Part shown: positions 50,503-60,848 of the stretch, piece by piece
Layout of the letters: each line of letters begins with the position of its first letter
Position numbering within the stretch: position 1 is the first letter of the stretch
Assembly (NCBI GenBank): GCA_964447495.1
Contig: CAYUTF010000005.1
Span: 9,509-73,508, forward strand
From: an uncultured archaeon
GTDB taxonomy: Archaea > Asgardarchaeota > Lokiarchaeia > Sigyniarchaeales > SOKP01
Reading direction: 5' to 3'
DNA: 64,000 bases
Made by a program: the position numbers and the translations under genes
The notes under the pieces: generated by a model
What the model was told of the DNA's origin: nothing
Seen by the model: the letters and a program-made list of their open reading frames with translations, nothing else
Databases searched by the model: none

Positions 50503-51855
50503 TTATTTTCTTTTTTTAATTTTTGAATAATAATCATGTAATAATCGAAACCCTCGAACAGCTCTTTCAACTTCATTTTCAAATACAGGAATCTTCAATT
50601 CAGAAGCAGACTTTATTACACGCTTAGCACCCTCACGTTCTGCTTGTATCAATATTGTTATAATCGGTTTTGAAGGATATTTTTCTTTTAATGGTTTGAA
50701 AATATCGAAATCAAATTCAATTTCAATAAAAAATTCAAGAGCTAAAATTAACCCATCCACATTATCATCTCTTAAAAGTGTTTCTGCAGACGTATTGTAA
50801 ATTCCGCAAATCTTAATACCTATAAACTTTTCAGGGGGCCAATAATCAACAGGATTGCCATATGCACAAGTACTCCCCCCAATTTTATCTATAATTATAT
50901 CTCTCGAGCTATTATTTGGTTTAGCTAAACTCAAATTTTGCTTTCTCATTTCTTTTACTATTAAATGAATTGCTCCAGAACTTGGACCAATTATTCCTAA
51001 TCTCACTCCTTTGGGCTCTGGACACCAGAGAAAAATCTTAGCTATTTCAAAGAGTTCAATATAATTTGAAAGAGGTATTCCACCTGCTTGAATTACTGCC
51101 TTTTCGCTCTCATCATCCTTTCCCACATAAAAAAATAACACAGGTTTGAAAGGGGAAATTTTTTTTATAGCTTCAATTAATTCAGGTGTTATCTCTCTTA
51201 AGAAAAGTGAAATTACTTTTGTAGTATCATCTTTTAAAAAAAACTCCAGAATATCAGCTTCATTAATATGATACCCTTTCCCTAAGTGTATTACCTTAGA
51301 AATTGGCAACTTTTGTGATGGAGTCCACCAACCTAATGCTCCAGCTAAACCACCCGATTGTGCAATAAAACTTATTCCTTCTTTGATATTTTTATTTTCA
51401 CGCATTATATGTTGTCTGACAGGAATAATGGAAGTCGTGAAATTATCGATAAAATTAATTATACCCAACATTGACGGTCCAAGATAAGTGATATCATATT
51501 TCTCACAAATTTCATTAAGTTTTGAATGTACAAGGTTGACATTAGTTCCCGGCTTTAATTCGGTTTGAATTGCTATATACTTAACCCCTTTTTGTCCTAA
51601 TTGCTCAACAATTTGTATGATATCTTTTCCTAATACTATTACGGCTAATTCGGGTATTTCTGGTAAATCCTCAAACGAGTGATATGATTTCACCCCCAAT
51701 ATTTCACCTGCATTAGGGTTTAAAATATATAATCTTCCTTGATAAAATATCTCTAACAAATTTTTAAGAACCGTATAACTAAATGATAATGCTTTTCGAG
51801 ATACTCCAATGATTAACACACTTTTTGGATTAAAGAAGGGTTCGAGATTTTTCAA
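50503..51855 (-). CDS. Degenerate acyl-CoA synthetase (NDP-forming) alpha-like, CoA-binding protein
   Basis: FFNPKSVLIIGVS, GPSMLG, AQSGG, NPVD; lacks the SHTG loop. Confidence 0.8.
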   Translation of the reverse strand: MKNLEPFFNPKSVLIIGVSRKALSFSYTVLKNLLEIFYQGRLYILNPNAGEILGVKSYHSFEDLPEIPELAVIVLGKDIIQIVEQLGQKGVKYIAIQTELKPGTNVNLVHSKLNEICEKYDITYLGPSMLGIINFIDNFTTSIIPVRQHIMRENKNIKEGISFIAQSGGLAGALGWWTPSQKLPISKVIHLGKGYHINEADILEFFLKDDTTKVISLFLREITPELIEAIKKISPFKPVLFFYVGKDDESEKAVIQAGGIPLSNYIELFEIAKIFLWCPEPKGVRLGIIGPSSGAIHLIVKEMRKQNLSLAKPNNSSRDIIIDKIGGSTCAYGNPVDYWPPEKFIGIKICGIYNTSAETLLRDDNVDGLILALEFFIEIEFDFDIFKPLKEKYPSKPIITILIQAEREGAKRVIKSASELKIPVFENEVERAVRGFRLLHDYYSKIKKRK

Positions 51856-51950
51856 CGAATTTCATCAAATTGGAAATAAATGACTTATAATAATTATATA
51901 TGAAAAACCTATAATTAAAAAGTTAAGTTAAAAAATTAAAAAACAAATGA

Positions 51951-52958
51951 TCATTTTCTATTTAAGGTGTATGCCTCTAATACAAATTCAACTGCTCTTT
52001 TTCCATCCTCAAAATTAGGATGCTCATGTTTATTTTCAATAATACAATTAATGAAATGTTCAATAAGTTTATCTTGATAATTATTAGAACGCTTTTTTTG
52101 CGAGATAGCTTTCTTAATTATTTTGTTAGCTTTTAACACTTTTGGTTGGCAAGTTAGTGGCTTTTTTGAATGAAAATCTATTCGTAAATTTCCTTCAGTC
52201 CCATAAATTTCCATTATTTCCAATGGGTAATTACACCATGACACAGAAATCATTCCAAGAATATTATTGTGAAACCTAAGTAAAACATTACAATTATCCT
52301 CATATTCCATATTTATACATGAGGTATTAGTGTTAATTCCATCAATATTTTTATAATCTCCAATTAAATATCGCAATATATCTATACAATGTACGCCTAA
52401 ATCTAATAAAACACCCCCTCCTGCCATCTTCGAATCAAAAAACCATTTTTCATCAGATAATGCATTCCACGACTTATAGGGGCCATAATGACTAAAATAA
52501 TACTTGATAAATATTAATTTTCCAAGAAGTTCATTATCTACTATTTCTTTGAGTAATGGGAAAATAGGATTATAACGTTTTTGAAAGGAGGTAAAAAAAA
52601 TAATATCTTTTGCTTTAAGAGCACGTTCTACTTCTTCTAATTCCTTATAGGCAGTGCAAATTGGTTTTTCACACAAAATATGGATATTATTATCGAGAGC
52701 TTCTAAAACCATTGGAGCATGCAAATAATTTGGTGTGCAAATACTCACGGCATCTATATCTTCCTTTCTTAACATATCCTTCCAATTATTATCTCCAAAA
52801 TAAGCTTTTCCGATTGAGAATTTCTCAGCAGTCTTTTTTGAATGATTTTTAGTCCTTGAGGATATAGCTATTACCTTACATTTAGGATTTTTCATATATC
52901 CGGCTAAATGTATTTGCCCAAACCCTCCGGCTCCGATTAATGCTACTTTTACTTTCAT
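51951..52958 (-). CDS. Gfo/Idh/MocA family oxidoreductase
   Basis: IGAGGFG, CTPNYLH, CEKP, GGGVLLDLGVH. Confidence 0.93.
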   Translation of the reverse strand: MKVKVALIGAGGFGQIHLAGYMKNPKCKVIAISSRTKNHSKKTAEKFSIGKAYFGDNNWKDMLRKEDIDAVSICTPNYLHAPMVLEALDNNIHILCEKPICTAYKELEEVERALKAKDIIFFTSFQKRYNPIFPLLKEIVDNELLGKLIFIKYYFSHYGPYKSWNALSDEKWFFDSKMAGGGVLLDLGVHCIDILRYLIGDYKNIDGINTNTSCINMEYEDNCNVLLRFHNNILGMISVSWCNYPLEIMEIYGTEGNLRIDFHSKKPLTCQPKVLKANKIIKKAISQKKRSNNYQDKLIEHFINCIIENKHEHPNFEDGKRAVEFVLEAYTLNRK

Positions 52959-53052
52959 AGTAATTAATAATGAAATTGTTATTATAATATGTAATTATGA
53001 AAATGAAAGAAGAATAAAGAGAAAAGAGCTTATTACTTTTTTAATGAGCAGT

Positions 53053-53679
53053 TTAAGCAGATATTACTTCATATATCGGGACTGATAACCGCTTCTTATC
53101 ATCATAAAACATCAATCCAGATTTTTTTAGAAGCTCTTTAGATTTGTACTTAATTATTACTATAGAACAAGAGCAAGGCACTTTCATGGAAGCAATTCTT
53201 AACCGATCTCGTGCTAACGCTAAATTCTTTATATTAATGCCAATATCGCATAAAATAGCACCAGCCCGAACTCGTGCACATACACCTGTGGAACGACCAA
53301 AGGAATTACGCATACCAGATTGTACTCTATCAGCCCCCGCGAAAGCTAACATACGATTTTCTCTATACTTTTGAAATGGTTTAGATCTCATACGAAAACG
53401 ATAACCTAACCGCCCCAGTTTCTTTTGTAAGGCACCATTTACGGTAATACGGATCGCTTCCAACGCATTTGAAGAGACTTGAACTTGTTTATCCATTTTT
53501 AAACCGACCACAAGATCCCAATCTTCCCAGGCGATTTCTTTCGCGCCACCCCAGTATCTTTGGATTTTTGATTGCGCTCCACCACGCGCATACTCTCTTC
53601 TGTGGTTTCTACTGCGTTTATGCTGAAAGGGTCGCCTATTCCAGCTACTATAACAATGCCAAGGTCGTCTATGAGCCAT
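53053..53679 (-). CDS. rpl10e: 50S ribosomal protein uL16 (L10e)
   Basis: RP..CY, ALEAIR, RENRMLAFAGADRVQSGMRNSFG, ARV. Confidence 0.93.
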   Translation of the reverse strand: MAHRRPWHCYSSWNRRPFQHKRSRNHRREYARGGAQSKIQRYWGGAKEIAWEDWDLVVGLKMDKQVQVSSNALEAIRITVNGALQKKLGRLGYRFRMRSKPFQKYRENRMLAFAGADRVQSGMRNSFGRSTGVCARVRAGAILCDIGINIKNLALARDRLRIASMKVPCSCSIVIIKYKSKELLKKSGLMFYDDKKRLSVPIYEVISA

Positions 53680-54017
53680 TCTTATTCACTTATTCTATTA
53701 TTTTGCTATTACATTTAATATAATTGTAATTTTAGTTAGACTTTTTAAGAGGAAAAAAAGAATAACCTAAATTTATAGAGTGGGAAATGAAGTATTTTTA
53801 ATAAATTTTACCACAGATAATAGATCCACCACTTCATTAGATAATTTTATTGAGTGAAAAATTTTATGTTCCTTATTTTTCAGAAAAGGTGTGTTCCAAC
53901 CTTCATTTGCTATTTTTTGCAGACCGGATGCATCCCGGACTGAACCCTATTGAATTAATAAGTATTTCCATTTAGAGCTCTCTTCATTTTTCTTCACTTA
54001 ATTGATTAAATAATAAG

Positions 54018-54451
54018 CTAGAGTAATTCTTCCAATATTTCTGCCGCATTTTTTACATACTGCGAACATTTTGTCTCAAAATAATTATTCAGATCGTAAT
54101 GTTCTTTACCCTCGTGTGTATTTATATCACATCCTAGCAATTCTCTACATATCAAGGAGCCATTTTTTTCTTTAAATTTTTTAGAAAATTCATTAACTAA
54201 TTGAATGTTTGTTCTTTGGTATCATTTTTATTTTTTAATCCCATGCCGAATTTTAAGCCTAGTACCATATAAGCTCCGGTTACTGCTCCACAGGTCCTTC
54301 CACTATGTCCCATACCTCCTCCAAATCCAGTAGCTATTTTTAGAGCAGTATCTTGATCTAACCCGTATTTACTAGCATAGGTACCGAATATTGATTGAGC
54401 ACAATTATATTCTCCTCTGATGTGGGATATAGCTTCTTCCACCTTAGACAT
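54018..54451 (-). pseudogene. C_GCAxxG_C_C family redox protein interrupted by a 1-nt frameshift
   Basis: YNCAQS, GFGGGMG, TCGAVTG then TAG at 54199-54197; the -1 frame continues QLVNEFSKKFKEKNGSLICRELLGCD...KCSQYVKNAAEILEELL to TAG at 54020-54018. Confidence 0.8.
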
Positions 54452-54706
54452 ATTTATTCACCAATTCATTATGAGTAAATTAAATTAAAATCAATAAATA
54501 GTATAAAATTTAATCATTTATGAACTGAGTGAAACTGTCCGAAATAAAAAAATAAAGGGTAAAGCTCAGTAGTTTTTTAATATATGCTTCGAAACCATTT
54601 AATGTATTAATTATTATAAGAAATAAAAATAAAAGAATTTGAAATTTAAAAATAACATAGATAAGGATAGGTATATTGATTATATTAAATTTACTTCAAT
54701 GATTTC

Positions 54707-55855
54707 TTGCTTAAATTTATGTTAGATAATAATACGACATTTTCACAGAAAACGGAATTATTGTGTAAGGGATTATACTTAGATAAAAATTTAAGAGATT
54801 TTTATAAACAACAGGGTATCAATATAGATTTTGGGCGCAAAGGAGGCGCGGGACCGTTAGGGGGGCGTTATTTTCTATTTGAAAATAATACATTAGTGAA
54901 TGTGGCATTATGGGATGATAAAAGAAAGACTGATCTAGTACTCAGTGAAAAAAAGAATGATTTTTTTCAAGTGATCAATAATCAGAATAATGAATATTTT
55001 TGTAATTTAAAATTAGTTGAGGAACCTCAATATTATAATCCTGAATTTGTCACTTCTGATGGAATTGAAATGAAAAAAATAGCATTAGTTCATGGTGTTG
55101 ATTGTTTAGCAAGCACAATTTATCAAAAATGCAAATATTGGGCGTGTGGAGAAGCATGTGCCTTTTGTGGGATTGAACTTAGTTTAGCTCAAAATAGTAC
55201 CATATTGGAAAAAATTCCGCAACAAATGTTAGAAGTAATTAGCGCTGCAAAAAAGGAGGGAAGATGTGCTCACATGACATTGACTAGTGGTACTGAAGAG
55301 AGTGATGATAAAGGTGCCAAAAGATATATTGAGTTATTAATGGCTATCAAAAAGGTATATCCTACTCTTCCTCTTCATGTGCAAATTGAACCGTTAGAAG
55401 ATTTAGAGTACTTATATATGTTAAAAAGTGCGGGTGCTGACACTATCGGGATTCATATTGAAACTTTAAATGAAAAGGTGAGAAAAATAATCACGCCTGG
55501 TAAATATCATATCCCTTATTCTACTTTTGAGAAAAATTGGAAAGAGTCTGTTGAAATTTTCGGTAAAGATCAGGTCGAAACCTTTATACTTACTGGTTTC
55601 GGGGAACCTCATCAGGATTTAATGGCTAAGTTGGAAAAATTAATTGCTATAGGTGTCATACCATTTATAACCCCTGTGAGATCAATTCCTGGATTAAAAG
55701 ATTTACCTCCAACAGACACAACTGCCCTTCACAAACTTTATTTAAAAACCGCTAAATTCATGAAGGTATATGGAGTCAATCCTTTAAAGAATAAAGCAGG
55801 TTGTGTGCGGTGTGGTGGTTGCTCTGCTATAAATGAGGCTTACTTAGTAGTTTGA
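54707..55855 (+). CDS. Radical SAM protein (MSMEG_0568-like)
   Basis: LVHGVDCLASTIYQKC.YW....CAFCGI, LTSGT, HVQIEP, C-terminal AGCVRCGGCS. Confidence 0.82.
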   Translation: MLKFMLDNNTTFSQKTELLCKGLYLDKNLRDFYKQQGINIDFGRKGGAGPLGGRYFLFENNTLVNVALWDDKRKTDLVLSEKKNDFFQVINNQNNEYFCNLKLVEEPQYYNPEFVTSDGIEMKKIALVHGVDCLASTIYQKCKYWACGEACAFCGIELSLAQNSTILEKIPQQMLEVISAAKKEGRCAHMTLTSGTEESDDKGAKRYIELLMAIKKVYPTLPLHVQIEPLEDLEYLYMLKSAGADTIGIHIETLNEKVRKIITPGKYHIPYSTFEKNWKESVEIFGKDQVETFILTGFGEPHQDLMAKLEKLIAIGVIPFITPVRSIPGLKDLPPTDTTALHKLYLKTAKFMKVYGVNPLKNKAGCVRCGGCSAINEAYLVV

Positions 55856-55911
55856 ACAAAAAATTCATTAAATTAGAAATTTTATTTTAGTAAATTACTT
55901 TATATATATAG

Positions 55912-57261
55912 ATGGATCGACCAAATATTCTTTTTATACTCACCGATCAACAAAGATTTGATACGTGTGGTTGTTATGGGCAGAAACTGGATGTTACTCC
56001 AAATCTTGATCAGTTAGCTAAGGAAGGAATTTGTTTTAAACACGCTTTTACTAATCAACCAGTTTGTGGTCCAGCAAGATCTATCCTTCAAACTGGAAAA
56101 TATGCAACAGAAACAGGTTGCTATAGGAATGGGATTGCTTTACCGAAAAGTGATCAGAACATAGCAAATTCATTGTCAAATCATGGTTATGAAGTAGCAT
56201 ATATCGGAAAATGGCATCTTGCTAGTACTATCGGTAGATCTAAAGAGATTAGATTAAAAAAAATGAACAATATAACCACTGCTATACCAAATGAACTTAG
56301 AGGGGGATATAAAGATTATTGGCTTGCTTCCGATCTACTTGAATATACTTCTCATGCATATGAAGGGCACTTATTTGATAAAAATGGTGAAAAGCAAGAT
56401 TTTAAAGGTTATAGAGTAGATTGCTTAACTAATTTTGCGTTACTATATTTAGATTCTTTAAAAATGGAAAAGCCTTTTTTCCTGTTTTTATCTTATCTAG
56501 AGCCACATCAGCAAAATGATCATAATGCTATTGAGGGACCAATAGGTAGTAATCAAGAGTTTAGACCGTATGAAATTCCTGGTGATTTAAAAGCAGTAGA
56601 TGGAGATTGGCAACAGTTTTTTCCCGATTATCTTGGATGTTGTAATTCTATTGATAAGAATCTTGGAAGATTAATCAAAAAGTTGAAAGAATTAGGAATA
56701 TATGATAATACTACAATTATTTTTACTAGTGATCATGGCTGTCATTTTAGAACAAGAAACCAGGAATATAAAAGGTCTTGTCATGATAATTCTTCTCGTA
56801 TTCCATTAGTAATAAAAGGAATAGGTTTTCAAGAAGGAGATATAATTGAGGAATTAGTTAGTTTAATAAATTTACCACCAACTCTGATGAAAATGGCTGA
56901 CATTGATATTCCTAAATTCATGAAAGGTAAACCCTTACAATATTTAATTAAAAATAAAAATCTTTATAAAAATTGGCCTCAAGAAATCTTTATTCAAATA
57001 AGCGAAACTCAAGTTGGACGTGCTATTAGAACTAAGAAATGGAAATATTCCGTAAAAGCCCCCAAAAAAGATGGAATCCTATATTCTAAAAGCGATGTTT
57101 ATAAGGATGATTTTCTTTATGATCTTGAAAATGACCCTTTTGAAAAACATAATCTGATTGAAGATTTAGAATATGTTGCTATTAAAAAAGAATTATCACA
57201 ATTATTGATACAAAAAATGGTTGAAGCGGGTGAAAGCTCTCCCTCCATAATATATTTTTAA
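55912..57261 (+). CDS. Cys-type sulfatase
   Basis: PNILFILTDQQR, CGPAR (CxPxR), GKWHL, SDHG, LYDL..DP.E..NL. Confidence 0.93.
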   Translation: MDRPNILFILTDQQRFDTCGCYGQKLDVTPNLDQLAKEGICFKHAFTNQPVCGPARSILQTGKYATETGCYRNGIALPKSDQNIANSLSNHGYEVAYIGKWHLASTIGRSKEIRLKKMNNITTAIPNELRGGYKDYWLASDLLEYTSHAYEGHLFDKNGEKQDFKGYRVDCLTNFALLYLDSLKMEKPFFLFLSYLEPHQQNDHNAIEGPIGSNQEFRPYEIPGDLKAVDGDWQQFFPDYLGCCNSIDKNLGRLIKKLKELGIYDNTTIIFTSDHGCHFRTRNQEYKRSCHDNSSRIPLVIKGIGFQEGDIIEELVSLINLPPTLMKMADIDIPKFMKGKPLQYLIKNKNLYKNWPQEIFIQISETQVGRAIRTKKWKYSVKAPKKDGILYSKSDVYKDDFLYDLENDPFEKHNLIEDLEYVAIKKELSQLLIQKMVEAGESSPSIIYF

Positions 57262-57285
57262 TAATTTTAAGAATTAGAATAAAGG

Positions 57286-57615
57286 TTATTCCGTAACTAA
57301 TTTAATAGGTTTATATTCTTTTGCAAATAAGAGCGGAATGAATGTTATTAATGCAAATAGAGCTGTAGCAAAATAAATTAATGGTGGTGGAATAAATCCC
57401 ATTTGATCACCAATTAAACTATATTCCCCGAATTGTGTAGCAATCCAGCCCCCAATAAGTGGAACAATGATCATAGGAATCGTTCCAGAGAAAAGATTCC
57501 AATACCCGCTGAATTGACCCCTACTCTCTGCAGGATACAAATCCTTTGCCCATGTAAAGGTTAATAAGCAAAAGAGGGAGAGCATAATTCTTAGGAATAT
57601 ATCGTTTATAAACAA
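57286..57615 (-). pseudogene. C-terminal fragment of an MFS transporter
   Basis: DLYPAESRGQFSG..., PLIGGW; only about 3 TM helices remain. Confidence 0.6.
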
Positions 57616-57658
57616 TAAAGAGAAATCTTAAAAACTGTAATCCTTAGATATAATTAAT

Positions 57659-58648
57659 ATGATTCCTAATCAATGGTATGCTGTACTCGAATCTAAAGAA
57701 GTTCCTAAGAAAAATGCAGTAGGAGTATCACGTCTGGGAGAAAAGCTTGTTTTTTGGCGTGATAAAAACGGCAATATTATTTGCTTAAGGGATAAATGCG
57801 CTCATCGAGGCGCTGCATTAAGTATCGGGAAGATATGTAATGATCGAGAAACAATTCAATGTCCTTTTCATGGTCTTGAATATGATCGAACAGGTAAGTG
57901 CACAGTTATTCCTGCTAATGGGAAAAATAATCCTGTGCCAGAACGATTCAAGGTAACATCTTTCCCTACTCGTGAAGCTCATGATTTCATCTGGATTTGG
58001 TGGGGAGAAGCTCTTGAGGAATATCCTCCATTACCCTTTTTCGAAGATATAGATAAAAAATTTAAATATAAAACGTATACGGAAGTCTGGCCTATACATT
58101 ATTCGCGAGCTATTGAAAACCAGCTTGATGCTGTACATTTACCTTTTGTCCATCGTACGACTATAGGGCGTGGTCAGCATACTCTGATACACGGACCACT
58201 GGTTGAACCAAATGAGGATAAAAATGAGTTCTTAATATGGGTATATGATCAAAAAGACGATGGAAAGACTACTCCACTTAAACCAGAAGAATTTACAGAT
58301 TCAATGAAGATATTCCATCTCCAATTTAAGTTTCCTCATATATGGCAGAATTATTTAGGGGATAAAGTTAGGATTTTCATTGCTTTCGTCCCTGTGGATG
58401 AAAAGCATACCAAATTCTACATGCGATTCTATCAAAAATTCATACGAATTCCTTTATTGAAAAGCATAGTCAACTGGTTTGGTATTAGATCAAGCATTGT
58501 GATACTCCATCAAGATCGACGGGTAGTTATTACTCAAGAGCCTATTAAAACAACTCTAAAAATGGGCGAAAAATTGATTCAAGGGGATATTCCAATCGTT
58601 TATTATAGAAAACATCGAGCAAAATTGATTGAATTAGCTTCTCGGTAA
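57659..58648 (+). CDS. Rieske non-heme iron oxygenase alpha subunit (VanA-like)
   Basis: CAHRG...CPFHG Rieske motif; ENQLDAVHLPFVH mononuclear iron motif; QD near the C-terminus. Confidence 0.9.
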   Translation: MIPNQWYAVLESKEVPKKNAVGVSRLGEKLVFWRDKNGNIICLRDKCAHRGAALSIGKICNDRETIQCPFHGLEYDRTGKCTVIPANGKNNPVPERFKVTSFPTREAHDFIWIWWGEALEEYPPLPFFEDIDKKFKYKTYTEVWPIHYSRAIENQLDAVHLPFVHRTTIGRGQHTLIHGPLVEPNEDKNEFLIWVYDQKDDGKTTPLKPEEFTDSMKIFHLQFKFPHIWQNYLGDKVRIFIAFVPVDEKHTKFYMRFYQKFIRIPLLKSIVNWFGIRSSIVILHQDRRVVITQEPIKTTLKMGEKLIQGDIPIVYYRKHRAKLIELASR

Positions 58649-58773
58649 AAATTAAGAATAAAAAAGAAAGCTTAAAATAATTATGTTTTAATGATAAAAA
58701 TTAATAAATGTAAATCCTTATCAAAAATTAGAAGAATTAAGATATTAATTTCTTATTTATAGCATAATTTTTA

Positions 58774-60426
58774 TTGGAATTGATTTTTATCATGACTGAA
58801 ATAGATGAGAATAAGACTTTAAAACCAGTAAAAGAGGAAAGAAAGGAAAAGTTCCGAAATCTTTCGAATATTGATATTAAAAGGCTATACTCTCCTGAAG
58901 ATATTAAAGATTTTAATTATGCGATGGATTTAGGAGAGCCTGGAAAATATCCTTATACACGTGGTGCTTATAAAAATATGTATCGTGGTCGCCTGTGGAC
59001 TATGAGACAATTTGCGGGTTTTGGAACTGCTCAGCAAACTAATGAAAGATATAAATTTTTATTGGAACACGGACAAACAGGATTAAGTGTAGCTTTTAGC
59101 CTTCATACAATCTATGGTTTTGAAGCAGATAGTGATAAAGCTCTTGGGGAAGTAGGGAAAGAAGGTGTTTCAATTGATACTTTAAAAGATATGGAAACCC
59201 TTTTTAGTGGAATCGATTTATCTCGTATTTCAACATCAATGACAATTAACGGCCCTGCTTCAATACTTTTAGCAATGTATATCGTAGCAGCAGAAAAGCA
59301 AGGTCATACTCCTGATAAGTTAAGAGGTACAATACAAAATGATATTTTAAAGGAATATATTGCTCAAAAATCTTGGATATTCCCTCCCGAACCTTCAATG
59401 AGATTAATCGTTGATACAATTGAGTATTGTACAAAATATGTACCTCAATGGTATACCATCAGCATTAGTGGATATCATATTCGAGAAGCAGGATCAACTG
59501 CAGTTCAAGAGTTAGCTTTTACGTTAGCTGACGGATTTGCTTATGTTGAGTCGGCAATGGAAAGAGGGCTTGATGTTGATGATTTTGCTCCAAGGCTATC
59601 CTTTTTCTTTAATTCTCATAATAATTTCTTTGAAGAAGTGTGCAAATATCGCGCAGCAAGGCGGATTTGGGCAAAAAGGATGAAAAATAAATATGGTGCA
59701 AAACAACCAGAATCTCTCCGCTTGCGCTTTCATACCCAAACTGCGGGAGTCTCACTTACCGCCCAAGAGCCTGAGAATAATATCGTAAGGGTTACATTGC
59801 AAGGATTAGCTGCTGTTTTAGGAGGTACTCAATCCCTTCATACAAACAGTTTTGATGAGGCGCTCTGTCTTCCAACCGAAAAGGCAGTTAAGATTGCGCT
59901 CAGGACCCAACAAATTATTGCGCATGAATCAGGAGTTGCGGACACTGTCGATCCTTTAGCAGGTTCTTATTATGTTGAGTGGCTTACTAACAAAATGGAA
60001 GAAGAAGCAGAAGCCTACTTCGATAAAATTGAGCAATTTGGCGGCGTTATTCCTGCTATAAAGGCAAATTTCTTTCAAAAAGAGATTGCGAATGCCTCCT
60101 ATAAATATCAAAAAGATATTGAAGCGAGAGAACGGATTATAGTAGGAGTAAATGATTTTCAACTCAGAGAACCATGTTCTACGCCCCTTCTTAAAATTGA
60201 TGAAGAAGTAGCTAAAGAGCAAGTAAAACTCTTACATAATGTAAAAAACAAACGAAATGAAGAAAAGGTAAAAGACACATTAAGAAAATTAAAAGAAATT
60301 GCTCAAGGAACTGAAAATCTCATGCCTTTCATAATCAATGCAGTTAGAGAATATGCCTCAATTGGAGAAATAATATCCACACTCAAAGAGGTATTTGGAA
60401 CATATATAGAAGATTCAGTATTTTAA
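58774..60426 (+). CDS. B12-dependent acyl-CoA mutase large subunit (isobutyryl-CoA mutase-like signature)
   Basis: PYTRG, WTMRQFAGFG, TIQNDILKEYIAQ, ISISGYHIREAG, SLHTNSFDEAL. Confidence 0.92.
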   Translation: MELIFIMTEIDENKTLKPVKEERKEKFRNLSNIDIKRLYSPEDIKDFNYAMDLGEPGKYPYTRGAYKNMYRGRLWTMRQFAGFGTAQQTNERYKFLLEHGQTGLSVAFSLHTIYGFEADSDKALGEVGKEGVSIDTLKDMETLFSGIDLSRISTSMTINGPASILLAMYIVAAEKQGHTPDKLRGTIQNDILKEYIAQKSWIFPPEPSMRLIVDTIEYCTKYVPQWYTISISGYHIREAGSTAVQELAFTLADGFAYVESAMERGLDVDDFAPRLSFFFNSHNNFFEEVCKYRAARRIWAKRMKNKYGAKQPESLRLRFHTQTAGVSLTAQEPENNIVRVTLQGLAAVLGGTQSLHTNSFDEALCLPTEKAVKIALRTQQIIAHESGVADTVDPLAGSYYVEWLTNKMEEEAEAYFDKIEQFGGVIPAIKANFFQKEIANASYKYQKDIEARERIIVGVNDFQLREPCSTPLLKIDEEVAKEQVKLLHNVKNKRNEEKVKDTLRKLKEIAQGTENLMPFIINAVREYASIGEIISTLKEVFGTYIEDSVF

Positions 60427-60439
60427 GAGGTTAATAGTA

Positions 60440-60841
60440 ATGAGTGAAAGTAGAAAGATAAAAGTTTTAGTGACTAAGCCTGGACTTGATGGCCATGATA
60501 GAGGTGCAAAAGTTCTCGCTCGAGCGTTAAGAGATGCGGGAATGGAAGTTATTTACACGGGAATTCATCAAACTCCTGATGATATTGTAAATACCATCAT
60601 TCAAGAAGATCCTGATGCTGTTATGCTGAGTATGTTATCAGGCGCTCATAATGCTTTATGTCCCGTTATCATGGAAAAATTAAAGGCAAATGGAATCGAT
60701 GATGTTTTAGTAGGAGTCGGTGGAATAATTCCCGACGAGGATAAGCCACTTTTGAAAAAGCATGGATTGCAGGGATTCTATGGACCTGGCACAGAGCTTA
60801 AGGAAATAGTGGAATTCGTTAAAAACAATCTAAAAAGATAA
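60440..60841 (+). CDS. Cobalamin-binding small subunit of acyl-CoA mutase
   Basis: KPGLDGHDRG (DxHxxG), GGIIP. Confidence 0.95.
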   Translation: MSESRKIKVLVTKPGLDGHDRGAKVLARALRDAGMEVIYTGIHQTPDDIVNTIIQEDPDAVMLSMLSGAHNALCPVIMEKLKANGIDDVLVGVGGIIPDEDKPLLKKHGLQGFYGPGTELKEIVEFVKNNLKR

Positions 60842-60848
60842 TTTCACA

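Noticed and set aside
53800-53990. GC-rich near-palindrome CCGGATGCATCCCGG and short ORFs with TGA upstream of rpl10e
   Set aside because: No coherent protein family, tRNA fold or SECIS context could be supported
54197-54199. TAG read-through (pyrrolysine) in the C_GCAxxG_C_C gene
   Set aside because: The homologous continuation is in a different frame, so it is a frameshift
54707-57261. Radical SAM as the anaerobic sulfatase maturase for the adjacent sulfatase
   Set aside because: It lacks the anSME CxxxCxxC/SPASM layout and looks like the MSMEG_0568 family; adjacency alone is insufficient
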